Shown: piece by piece, positions 51,035 through 62,359 of the stretch
Layout: the number at the start of each line of letters is the position of its first letter
Numbering within the stretch: the stretch's first letter is position 1
Assembly: GCA_049724395.1 (NCBI GenBank)
Contig: JAUGWO010000140.1
Coordinates: 1-64,000 of the forward strand
Source of the DNA: Spongospora subterranea f. sp. subterranea
Lineage: Eukaryota
Length of the DNA stretch: 64,000 nt
Direction of reading: 5' to 3'
Notes under the pieces: model-generated
Told to the model about the DNA's origin: nothing
Database searches by the model: none
The model's input: only the letters and a program-made list of their open reading frames with translations
Position numbers and translations under genes: made by a program

Positions 51035-51445
51035 TGAACCACAACGCATCGGCCAAGGCTATTTATTCAATACATTGCTCAATATTGTGCAAAATCAGTT
51101 ACTTCATGCAATTCATTTGAGTTTACGCACAATATATGTTCAGCGATACAAATACACATTCCTTGGATATCCTACGAATTGTCGGTTTTTATTTCTGGGT
51201 CAAACACTCGTTCAAGGATCATATAGTACTCAATATAATAATCACTCCCTAAAACTTCTGCCAGGGATATGGGTGTCTGACCGTCGGTTGCTGATGATGT
51301 TAGTCAACTCAATGTTGGCAGACATCGAGTCAACATCAAATGCAACAGTATTAGAGCAAGGCACTATATTCCAGAGTCATATCGCCCTGGGCCTGGTCAT
51401 CAACTCCGCCACGGTGTCCGAATAATCCATCGTCTCTCGTTAATC

Positions 51446-51943
51446 ATGCCGCCCAAGTTTGAAGCTGGTGCCACGATCGTCATCTACCTTCGGGTGTTCG
51501 GTGGTGAGCCCGCTCCCGCCTCGACGTTGGCTCCTAAAGTCGGTCCTCACGGTCTGTCCCCAAAGAAGATCGGAGATGATATCGCCAAGGCCACTCAGCC
51601 ATACAAAGGACTTCGTGTCACCGTTAAGCTGACTGTTCAAAACCGTCAAGCCCAGGTCGAAGTCGTCCCATCGGCATCGTCTCTAATCATCGCCGCTCTT
51701 AAGGAGCCCATCCGTGATCGCAAGAAGGAGAAGAACATCAAGCACAGTGGCAACATCTCCTTCGATGTGATCTGCGATATCGCCCGAACCATGCGATCGC
51801 GTTCAATGGCTAAGGAGCTCAGCGGGACCGTCAAGGAAATGCTGGGAACATGTTTCTCGGTCGGATGCACTGTTGATGGCCGTCAGCCACAGGATTTGCA
51901 ACTTGCTATTGACAATGGCGAAATCGAGGTTCCATCTAGCTGA
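51446..51943 (+). CDS. RPL12: 60S ribosomal protein L12 (uL11), intronless
   Basis: [54 protein letters not shown]. Confidence 0.98.
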   Translation: MPPKFEAGATIVIYLRVFGGEPAPASTLAPKVGPHGLSPKKIGDDIAKATQPYKGLRVTVKLTVQNRQAQVEVVPSASSLIIAALKEPIRDRKKEKNIKHSGNISFDVICDIARTMRSRSMAKELSGTVKEMLGTCFSVGCTVDGRQPQDLQLAIDNGEIEVPSS

Positions 51944-52288
51944 TTTGTAGCTCTACATCATTAAACCAGACATCCACAATTCGTAAATAATCCATAATCT
52001 ATTTTTGAACTTTTAGTAGATGTTCGTCAAGTTTAATAATTCATGCGTAGAGACGAGCGAGTGATTTTGCAACGTATTTGAAAGAACTATCAAACAACTT
52101 GCTGTTCCCATTGTGACAACAGCATACTGGCTAATTCAGTGCCCCTCTGATTCATGGAGTTCAACAGCAAACCCTACATCGACTGAATATCTCTGCTCTA
52201 ACCGGAAGGGCGATACGTGTTGATTATATCTGTGTTATTCGCCTCTTTTTGTTGACGCGGCCAGCGCATTATATTTGAAATTGACGGA

Positions 52289-52380
52289 GTGTAAGGGTAA
52301 CGAGAGCCTGCGTGTAAGGGTAACGAGAGCCTGCGTGCTAAACGTGTAACGAGGGCCTGTGTGCTGCAGGTGTAACGAAG
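52289..52380. repeat. Short degenerate ~24-bp tandem repeat (gtgtaa..gtaacgagagcctgc)
   Basis: Two exact and two degenerate copies. Confidence 0.7.
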
Positions 52381-52410
52381 CCAGTGTGGTGACGGTCTGG
52401 AGGGACACGC

Positions 52411-53661
52411 ATGATCAATGCGTTAGGGATAAAGGGGAATAAGGTCATTGGGAATACCTATAGTGTTCCGCCACGTCCACCAACATCTACACCTTGGGTT
52501 GTCATCTCCCCCGGATCGGGATTATCTCTTTTCGGCCTGAGCGCTTCCGCATCTCCCTTTCATCAATCTGGCAAGTTCTCGTCGATTTTATCTCATTATA
52601 AATTAGGACAAATCCCTAATATCCATGGTGCTCGAGTCATAATTTGCTGGAATACTGAATGGAGTCGGAAATTCGAGCAATGCATAGCTCATGACTTGGC
52701 GATACTGGGCGCTGATCAGGTCGCGTTTATTCCCTCTCCACTATTGACCACTCTGGCATCTAAACAGCCATCAAACACTGTATTGGTGATCAATATTGGT
52801 TTTCGTCACGTCTCTGTAAGATTGAGTGTTTATATTATTGCGATGACAGTTAATATCAATTACAGGTTTCACCAGTTTGCTTTGGCCAGATATTCACCTG
52901 GGCACAAACCGTATTATCGTCCTCATTCCTTGATATATTTACCGACTATGCTGATTTGCCAAAATCGGACATCATAGAGAGCGCCATCGTCGAGTTTGTG
53001 AAGAAATTGGGTATATATAACGTATACGAAGTCAGAGATTACCGAGAGAGTACCAGGGAGATGCCATTAAAGGACAATAATGGGACCAGCATCAAGCAGA
53101 TAAGTTATGGGTTGATGCAAGTTGTCTTGAACGATTTCATGGACGATATGTGCGATATCGTGTTAGAATCACTATCGCGCTGCCCTATCGATTGCAGACG
53201 CCCACTTTCACGCTCTATTGCTTTATCAGGCGGGATGGCATTGATACCAGGTATTCAACAAAAGTTCATGCACTGTATGTCCCAGAAAATCAGCAACGAT
53301 CCATCTAGGGCTTATCTGAGAGGTGCTCGAATTAATTGGAATTTGTCTCAGTCCCGCTTATACTTTCTCTAGGACTGATACACACGTTCAGGTTCGTTAA
53401 ATCAAGTTTCCCAGTTGAACATCTTGAATGGATTGGAGGTGACAGATTCATACTGGTTACTGTACGGTCAAAATGGTCTGAATTTGGATGTTGTCAGCGT
53501 GCATTCTATCGCAAATTGGTGTTCCTCATCAATCAGTAATGACAAACGAGCAGTGTTTAGACCCCCGTCTCAACATAACGAATCTACAATCGCAATCGAC
53601 TTCGTTTGTGAAGAAATCCCGGGAAGAGGGTTGCAAAGTTGTAATTTCAAAATTGAGATGA
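52411..53661 (+). CDS. Divergent actin-related protein (Arp10/ACTR10-like), spliced
   Basis: LVINIGF; RCPIDCRRPLSRSIALSGGMALIPG; WIG motif. Confidence 0.65.
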
Positions 53662-53747
53662 AACTGAGAGGGTATAGGAACAAATTATTTATACTATGAA
53701 CGTGAACTAGACCTCAATAGTCTGTCTGCTCTTGGCATTGAATCGCG

Positions 53748-54928
53748 TTAGGGTCGCACAGGTTGCAAAGTAATGAAGCGATTTTCAACTGGAGTCTGTG
53801 TTGGAGGTTCCGTCGTAGGAACATTATTAGAACTTGGGGCTGCTGTTGGTTCAGCTGAAACTACCGGTACGCTTATTCGCAGTGTGTTCGGTATCGGATT
53901 ATTGTTGGGATTCGCTGTCGCTGGGGCTGATGTAGGTGGTGTCGTATTTCTTACCTTTGTAGTTCGGGCCACGGTAATCAAGGGGCTAGTCGTAACTGGA
54001 GATGCGGTCTGTGTTTGAATATCATTGGCCCTAGTTGTAGGAGTTTGATTCGGCGTTCTCGTTGTTCTTTGAAATAAAGTAGTTCGCGCCTCAGTAGTTT
54101 TGATTTTTGTAGTTTGCATTTGGATTTGAGGAACTGGGATTATTGTCGGCCCATTGGCATCGGTTGTTTTCTTTGTTTTTCTTGCGTTGTGAATTAGTGA
54201 TGGTGATGGGGGCGGATTGGTTGCGGTGCAGTGCAGAGGCCTGATACAGCATATGAGTAAAAACTCAGAGAATATTTCACCAGCGATACTTACGTCGAAC
54301 CGCACCACGACCATATTGAGCAACAATTGTTTGGAGGGCAATCGCTAGTTTTATTACAATTACCTTCCCGAGGGCGTATATTGGTCTCGGCTAGAGTTGC
54401 ATTGTTCTCCGTTGCGTTTTGAATCAGTGATGGCGATGGCGGCGTATTGGTTGCGGTGCAGTGCAGAGGCCTGATACAGCTTATGAGTAAAGGCAAGAGA
54501 ATATTCCACCAGCGACACCTACGTCGAACCGCACCACGACCATATTGAGCAACAGTTGTTTGGAGGGCAATCGCTAGTTGAATTACAATTACCGTCCTGA
54601 GAGCGTATCCTGGTCTCGGCTAGAGTTGCATTGTTCTCCGTTGCGTTATGATTCAGTGATGGCGATGGCGGCTGATTGGTTGCATTGCAGTGCAGAGCCC
54701 TGATACAGCATATGGGTAAATGCTCAGAAAATGATTAACCAGCGACACATACGTCGAACCGCAGTACGACCATACTGAGCAACAGGTGCTTGGAGGACAA
54801 TCGCTATTTGTATTACATTTACCGTCACCAGAGAATATCCTGGTATCGGCTAGAGTTGCATTGTTCTCCGAATATGCAATTGCGACAAAGAGGGTGATAA
54901 AGATCACAAGAGCACAGCTGGGTCGCAT
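53748..54928 (-). CDS. Secreted protein with three hevein-like (CBM18) chitin-binding modules and a Thr/Pro-rich tail
   Basis: Signal peptide MRPSCALVIFITLFVAIAYS; 3x C-x5-C-x4-CCS-x-WS-(W/Y)-CGST|xLHC, each split by an intron at the same position. Confidence 0.85.
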
Positions 54929-55293
54929 GTCGCCACGCCCTCGGGAAGTGTTATGGCGAATACCGATAGATTTGATAAAAGGTACCCGACCAATTTCCAG
55001 AACCCCTTACGTTCGTTCTGGAATTTTTGCTGATAGTCTATTCTGGTGAATAGTACTGATAAGCCTTTCATTCATGTTGTTTTGCCCTTGTCAATCGCAT
55101 GATAGTATTCCCTGAGGCGCTGTCTTTATTCCACGTCTTGAATGATGTTGGGCAATACCCATAAGCGCCATGATGAGTTCACAACCCGAAAAATTTTATG
55201 ACTCGCAATATTCAGAGAATGTATTGAATTCGTTAATTTATAAGCCTACAATGGATCTTCAATTACGTTTACCATTTCGGAATCCGTTGGTGT

Positions 55294-56111
55294 TTACATA
55301 GTTCGAATATCGGAATGGCTGATAAATTCAACAGCAGGTACCCCAACTTGAGGTGCTCCTTGATATTGCTCCGCTACCTTGATCATTGCATCGGCTACTT
55401 GGCGAACGTGGACTTGGAAGGATTCTGATGTTCATGCAAGTTGGATATGGCCAGTTATGGCTGTTAGGTGGGGACTTTACCTGGTATTAAGGCAAGGCCA
55501 ACCTTCTCCACAAATCTTGCCGAAATATCCCGAACTAACATCATCGGCCTGAGTATGACAAGTCGTTGGAAGTTCAATTCGGCTAGCTTCTGTTCAGCCA
55601 ATCCTTTGGTCTGTGGATATAAGAACCAGCTGGATGCATTAGCATTAGCGGCTGTCACCGCCAGCATCTGCTGAGTTCCAGCCTCCTTCAACAGACGAGC
55701 GGATTCGACGGTGTAGTCTAAATCGACCTTCTTGAATGCGGCCGCTGATCCAGCTTGAGCTCGCGTTGTTCCCACTATCATATGGCTAATATTACTAACG
55801 CCATTCCGGTTACGACAGATATTACTTACAGCACGAAAACGCCACATCAAATCCATCAAACGATGATTGTTGAAGATGATCAAAATCAACAACGACAACA
55901 TTAATTTTATCAGATGCGATGCCAAAAAGGTCTTGAGGATCACCTTGTCGCCTCACAATAACAGTTAAATCTAGAATGGGATGAGCAAACACAGATGATG
56001 AGATATCTATTGGGCGCGACCTTTACACAATTGCGACTTAACTAGTCCAGACACAACATGTCGCCCAACAGCCCCGGTTCCTCCCAACACTATCGCCCGA
56101 TATGGCATCAT
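55294..56111 (-). CDS. NAD(P)-binding atypical SDR, TIP30/HTATIP2/Fmp52-like, spliced
   Basis: AIVLGGTGAVG; GTTRAQAGSAAAFKKVD; YPQTKGLAE; ILRP. Confidence 0.88.
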
Positions 56112-56510
56112 ACGGGTTAGCGATTATTGTTCAATTAGGGAGAATACGGTATGAACTCCGCTCTAAAAAGGACTGGCAATGACCTAAAGACATAATACCA
56201 TCACTCGTATCGATTACTCCAGGACTCAATACTTCTATTTCAACGCGCCTTATAGGCACTTTCGAAACAGGATGAGACAAACCATTACCAAAGACATTTA
56301 TTAAACGACCCAATCATGAAACTCTGCTTGCCAGCCTAAAGCATCTGATACACCGGAATTACGACGGCGGCGAACGATCTTCTGGCAAAATTAAATTCGT
56401 GTTTCCCGATATTTCTTTAGCTGTCAGACACCCGTCCGACTCGAGTTGTTTTTGTTCGAGACGTTGGTGTGAACCGTGAACGCCGCTCACATCGATCAAG
56501 TGGCCCAGCA

Positions 56511-56922
56511 CACTCGGGCTGTATGTTCAGTGTACTGTACCTGGAGATAAGGCCCGGTATTTACCTGTTGAAGGGCCCTCTCCTCCCAATATATCAGATC
56601 ACTCGGGCTGTATGTTCAGTGTACCTGGAGATAAGGCCCGGTATTTACCTGTTGAAGGGCCCTCTCCTCCCAATATATCAGATCACTCGGGCTGTATGTT
56701 CAGTGTACCTGGAGATAAGGCCCGGTATTTACCTGTTGAAGGGCCCTCTCCTCCCAATATATCAGATCACTCGGGCTGTATGTTCAGTGTACCTGGAGAT
56801 AAGGCCCGGTATTTACCTGTTGAAGGGCCCTCTCCTCCCAATATATCAGATCACTCGGGCTGTATGTTCAGTGTACATGGAGATAAGGCCCCGCCCACTG
56901 TATCCATCTCACCGGTACCCTG
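56511..56922. repeat. 84-bp minisatellite (~4.5 copies), resuming at 62139-62275
   Basis: cactcgggctgtatgttcagtgtac..ggagataaggccc..ctgttgaagggccctctcctccc.atatatcagat at 56511, 56600, 56684, 56768, 56852 and again ~62143-62275. Confidence 0.95.
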
Positions 56923-57176
56923 GAGGCTGCGGTCAATTGGAAATTTTCCGATGCTCAGTGTTTTTTTAGAGTGCGTCTGGCAACCACGGAGTTGCATTGT
57001 CATTTCGCCCGTTTCTCCATAACGCCATAATCCATTCATTTAGGTCATCATTTATGCCATAATGAGCCATTATGGAGCGACTGTTTGCCAGACACTCAAT
57101 TGCGCAGTTTTCAGAAAGTTGTGCCGTTCCCCAGATGTACTCCAGACGGTTCCCTAGACGGTTCCCTCACACAACA

Positions 57177-58219
57177 ATGACGCCATCGGAGAACCATCAT
57201 AGAGCCGTATGTGATGCAACCAAGGACCAGTTCCTAGTCGCGCAGCTGCAGGTTCAGGCGGATATGGGCAAGCGCGCCGACACAGGCTTCAAGAAAGAAG
57301 CCTGGTCGGCGGTAACTGTAGCATTTAACAAACAATTCAAATGCAGTCTACTTTCGGGGAAGATCAAGTCCCGTCTGGATGCCTTGAAGAAAGACTTCAA
57401 GGATTTTACATACTTAAAAAACAATTCAGGGTTCGGATGGGATGACCTCACGCATGTCCCGACAGCCCCTGACGAAGTGTGGGCAGCGGTGATTGAAACC
57501 AACATCCGAACCCTGAATTGTTTTTTAAGTATGTAAAATCCTTGTCAAAGCATCCAGACGGGACTTGATCTTCCCCGAAAGTAGACTGCATTTGAATTGT
57601 TTGTAATTTCGGACGACACCATCCCGCTGCATGATTCGTTAACGGTCCTGCTCAGCGGTGCCGTCGCTACAGGCGAGCACACGGGCATGCCCCCTGGATT
57701 CTTTCCTTCTCACACGGTTCTGGTCGGCGAAAGCGAAGACCTTTCGTCTCCGTCTCCATCGTTTGACACGATGTCCGCCCCCTGCATTCAACTCATTCCA
57801 CCCCCAACGATCCCCGCTTCCGTCGCAGGAGGGCAGCCTCACCGGAAGAATCTTCACAAAGCTCGAAACCACCTCGCAAAAAAAGTAGCTGTATGAAAGT
57901 CGACCGGAGGTCGGCCGGAATGATGATCGGCCAGGCCATGGCGAAGTACGTCGACTTGGAAGAGTCCAGGCGTAAAGCGGAATTGGTTTTGTCTCAGCAA
58001 GTCAACCGTCCGGTCACTCCTGAGGATCGCCTATCCAGCGCTCTGGTGCATATGATGGAAAACTACATCGGCCTTGAAAGCGATGAAGACCTCGCGTTGC
58101 TTCCGACTACGTTAGCCGAAGGACACAATGCCACTATCTATCTCTCGCTGTCTGGAGACGCTCGCGACGCCTTTGTGCGGCAACAGATCGCTAAGAATCC
58201 AAGCCGAAACAACTTGTAA
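57177..58219 (+). CDS. Myb/SANT-like DNA-binding protein of the inner Harbinger (spliced or disrupted)
   Basis: GFKKEAWSAV..FN..KSRLDALKKDF..LKNNSGFGWDD. Confidence 0.85.
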
Positions 58220-58240
58220 TACAGTCTATAATTGCTGCGA

Positions 58241-59401
58241 TTACATTGTTGTAATATTTATGTGCTGTTGATAGTCGTTCCACATGTTTTTGGCAATGTT
58301 ATCTCGCATGGCTCGTGCTGCTTGTTCCTCTGAAGTATCGCGTTCAATGTCAGATGAACGATTATTTCGATGCGACGAATTACGATGCTCAAGTTCATCG
58401 TCGGCTTGGTCCATAAAGAAAGAATCGCTCTCGTGATCCATGAAAATATTATGAAATGCACACAGCGCATAGACGAGCTTTACCTGCGTCGCATATGGAT
58501 GCTCAGGCGTGGCCATAAGCAGCGGAAACCTCTTTTTTAAAACACCAAATATACGCTCAATTGCGTTTCGTTGCTGTGCGTGTCTGAGGTTGTACAATTC
58601 CTTGGGGTTTTGCGGACGCTGGTTATCTAAAGACCATTCGCGAAGGTGATATCGCACACCGCGATATGGAGTTAGAACAGTGCTTTTGAGTGCATATCCG
58701 GCATCTCCTAGGTAGTATTTACCTGGCGGGATCGCAAAGCCTTTATGGAAATACGCATCTGCGAAGACACCACCGTCGGATGCCGATCCCTCCCACCCTG
58801 CGAGAACGTATGTAAATCGCATGTCGAACGTGCATGCTGCCAGGACATTTTGAACATAGTAGCCTTTTGATTGCGGAACGGTCTCGAAACGCCTCGAACA
58901 GGAGTGCACGGAATATGAGTTCCATCAATGGCCCCGATACAATCTTGGAGATAGGGGCACATTTTCGGATTTTCCCTAATCTCTGCGGGGCACTGGAGTG
59001 CTGGCAAGCGAACAACGTCAGGATAGATTGCGATGAACGCATTGACTGAATCGTTGAAACATTTTGTGATGGTCCACCCGCTTCACTGAAACCTTTCTTG
59101 CGTTTGCCGATTTGAGGCATTTTATCCGACAACATAAAGGAATATGGCAAACTTCTCTTCTATCGATACATGGCGACTCGGTCCCAAGACAGCTTTCTCC
59201 AGCATGATATGAATAATAGTCAAAAAGGTTTCTCGCTGCATCCTCATCTGGTTTCGGAAACGAACGTGGATTACCATGCAGCAGTTCGGTGACCCAAGCC
59301 TTGCCAGAGAGGGTGGAAGTATGACAGGGCTCGTTGATAACATGTTGCACAGCCCAGTATAGAGCAGCGTAAAAGATAAGGGGAAACGCATGATCAACCA
59401 T
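58241..59401 (-). pseudogene. Harbinger (HARBI1-like, DDE_Tnp_4) transposase with stops and frameshifts
   Basis: CIGAIDGTHI; QNVLAAC; GWEGSASD; YYLGDAGY; RNAIERIFGVLKKRF; in-frame stops near 59123 and 59085. Confidence 0.92.
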
Positions 59402-59591
59402 GGCTACGCAGTTATGGAGCCAAAATGGAGGTCAGAGCTCCATTTTCAAAATGCCATTTTGGGCGCGTTATGGCTTTTTATTATGGAGCGCCCATAATGT
59501 GCCGGACGCTTGACGGACATTTTGCAAAATGCCTGTTATGGCGTTTTGGGCCTGTTGCTGAAGCTCGGGACTGGGAAATTGAACGGCTGTT

Positions 59592-60461
59592 TTATTCAAG
59601 GTAGGATAAGATATCCCATAACGGCTCTTCCCTCAGTAGCATTTGGACTAAATTGGCAACTGCAGTGAACACAATCGGATGGAAGCTTCTTCCATGGCGA
59701 AACAATCCGTGCACTAGACAGGCAAATGTGCGGATACGGGCGTTAACGCTTTCATGTCGGGCACCCATTCTTTTCAAAGAAATGTTGATGGCTTTCATGA
59801 CTGAGGTCCCTCCTGTCTTTGAAACGCTGTCAAGAATCGATTATCAACGTCACGATAACAGCTATCAGCGGCGGGTTTTTCTCCGGGCATCAACCGTGGC
59901 AATAAACAGTTCTTCGCGATCTTGAGATCGGGCCACGACCCACACGGCACTCCACCGGAGATATGTACAATTTTAAGAGCATCCTAGAGCAGTGCCAATC
60001 TCTATCTTAAGCCGGCACTATTGTGCTTGTGGGACCAATCGTCTTTGTTGAACACGGGTCCTTCTGGAACTTTGAAGTCAATTCCGTCTATGTACATCGA
60101 TGGGACCAGCCTGTCCCACCTGATTCATCGGTTTTCAAAATCAATCTAAGCAGCTTAAGAATTTGATAGTCTAACAAATTTGGTGAATCATACCAGGCCC
60201 ATCTCACTGATTCGTGTAACAACGACTTTTGCCCACTTCCGAAACGTTTTTTGTTGAACCTTGAATACAGACGCCCCAACTGATTCTGTAGGGTAGACCT
60301 TCAAAAAAATATAGCCCTATCAAAAGATGTTCTTTTTCCAGTTTCTCCGGACCAGGTCTTGAAATTCGAGTCCATATTTCAACCATGATGTCAAGGCTGA
60401 CACCAAAAAACGATCGGAACTTCCGCTTCCATGACGGCGTTTGATAAGATTCTATGGTCAT
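59592..60461 (-). pseudogene. Second, divergent IS5/ISL2EU-like DDE transposase (outer element), disrupted
   Basis: FRSFFGVS; HLLIGLYF.KVYPTE; IDGIDF; WSHKHNSAGLR; ARHESVNARIRTFACL..FRH. Confidence 0.8.
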
Positions 60462-61244
60462 TCAGAAGAGTCGATGTCCGCAATAGAAACCACGAGGTCA
60501 TGCTTCTGTATTATTGGCAGCGAACCCCAGTCAGCCGAGTTCCACACACAGACGCTTTCCGCCTCAAATATAACACCTGGGCTATCCTTTGCGCAAATCA
60601 CGCAAAATCGACGTCTAAGAAGAGTGTACACAAATACAGTAATCGCAAAACGGGCACATGGTGCATTTGCTGGCGGCAAAACGCAAAACGTTTGCGTTAC
60701 GCCATTTTAGGAGGTCCACAGTCTCAACCTCCGCAAAATTGTTCGCGCAAATAAATGCGACGTGTCATAAAAAATTGGTCCATTTTCGCATTTCGGTCAA
60801 CGAGAAAAAAAGAAAATCCAATATCTATTACGCGCAAAATGTCACTGTGATCAATTTTTCGGTGGTGCATAATTGCGTAAAGACCCAGCAAAAAATTGAG
60901 CAAATTACTGTAACTACCGTTACGAAAAATGTCGTCGCAAACCCGTTCGAAACTAATTGAATTTATTCGCCTAACTTTGCGCAACGAGTTGCCTCATGAA
61001 GATATAGAGAAGTTGATCCAGGGTGACACATTATACACTGCGCAGTTTGCGCAGACTGCTCATAGGATGTCTTGGCGGGCTTTCACGGTTGGGCGCGATA
61101 TTCCAGCGTCATGACCTGGCTCACGGGATTACGGGAATCGACAAAAAAGTCTGCATACCATTTTGGCGCCTTTTTCAACAGTGACGTTGCTGTGCTGTAT
61201 GAAGTTGACAAGGAATCCATTTGTTAATTGGAAGCGCTAGCATC

Positions 61245-62077
61245 ATGTCGTTGAATGCCAAGTCCTGCACTGATGAAAAAAGCGAACGGCTAGACAGGAT
61301 CTTGTTGGATGCTGGCAAAGGTATGAACTGATTACCAGCAAGGATCTTAAAAGAATTGCCCCAGATACTTTCAAGGATTTTGCAGCAAATACCCTGAATG
61401 GTAAATTAAGAAACATAAAAAGGATCTGTTGATGGCAGGTAGTAACTTTCTGGTCTTTTCACGGTTAGGGATTACTTATTTGTCATAGGACAATTACCAG
61501 ATTCTGACGACGACGATGATTCGCCAGTCACTCCGAAAGTCCAGCCGGCCATCCTTGGTCTTGGCAAGCCCAAGGGCCGACATGCAAAAAAGGATTGTGA
61601 GCAACCAGCAGTGGCAATCATTAATATGACGCCTGCTGCAGCTAAGCCGCTGGTTTCAGCATTAATGTGCGTTTACACGAAACCATTGAGTATACGGCAA
61701 ATGGAAACTCGTATATTGCGGTCATACTCGCTTTAGTAACTGGGTTCGTCCAAACACTTGATGTGAGTGAGGACGGTCAAAACATTACCGCACCTGTTGA
61801 AACGGACAAGCTGGGATCCAGCGGACTTCATCAGTCCAGAGGCAAGGGCCGACATTTGCGCCAGCGACGAGGCCAAAGCATTTGTACGATATTTTGGCAA
61901 CGAATCTTTAGAAACATTCACGGTTGCAATCCCCCGTCGCCGGTACTGCACGTCACGACCATCAGATCACGGTACATTTACAAAACAATTGAGACCGTGA
62001 AAATCCCGACAAGGTTGGTGGCCACGCTGACCGTACGCAGCGAGGACAAGCTGGACTTGAACAGTATCCTTTGTTGA
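61245..62077 (+). pseudogene. Disrupted accessory ORF of the outer PHIS element, function unknown
   Basis: Coding-like fragments in shifting frames inside the TIRs, divergent from the transposase. Confidence 0.4.
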
Positions 62078-62359
62078 ATAAAGCAAAAATAAATAATGTA
62101 GTACAAAAACGAACCAAACTCCGAATGACCGCAGCCTCCTGTGGGCCCTCTCCTCCCGATATATCAGATCACTCGGGCTGTATGTTCAGTGTACATGGAG
62201 ATAAGGCCCCGCCCACTGTATCCATCATTCACCGGTACCCTGTTGAAGGGCCCTCTCCTCCCGATATATCAGATCCATCAAAGTCCATCAGATTGTCAGA
62301 GGATTAAATACCGTTCATCAACTTGTATATGCAACCGCCATTATAAGTTGCCCCAAAGC

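Larger units (their letters stand above)
56923..62138. mobile_element. PIF/Harbinger-superfamily (PHIS) element with TIR GAGGCTGCGGTCA and 3-bp CTG TSD, containing a nested Harbinger
   Basis: ctg|gaggctgcggtca at 56920-56935; tgaccgcagcctc|ctg at 62126-62141. Confidence 0.8.

Noticed and set aside
56469..57022. Repetitive ORFs of 166 and 136 aa
   Set aside because: Artefact of an 84-bp (multiple of 3) repeat that is also split by a transposon
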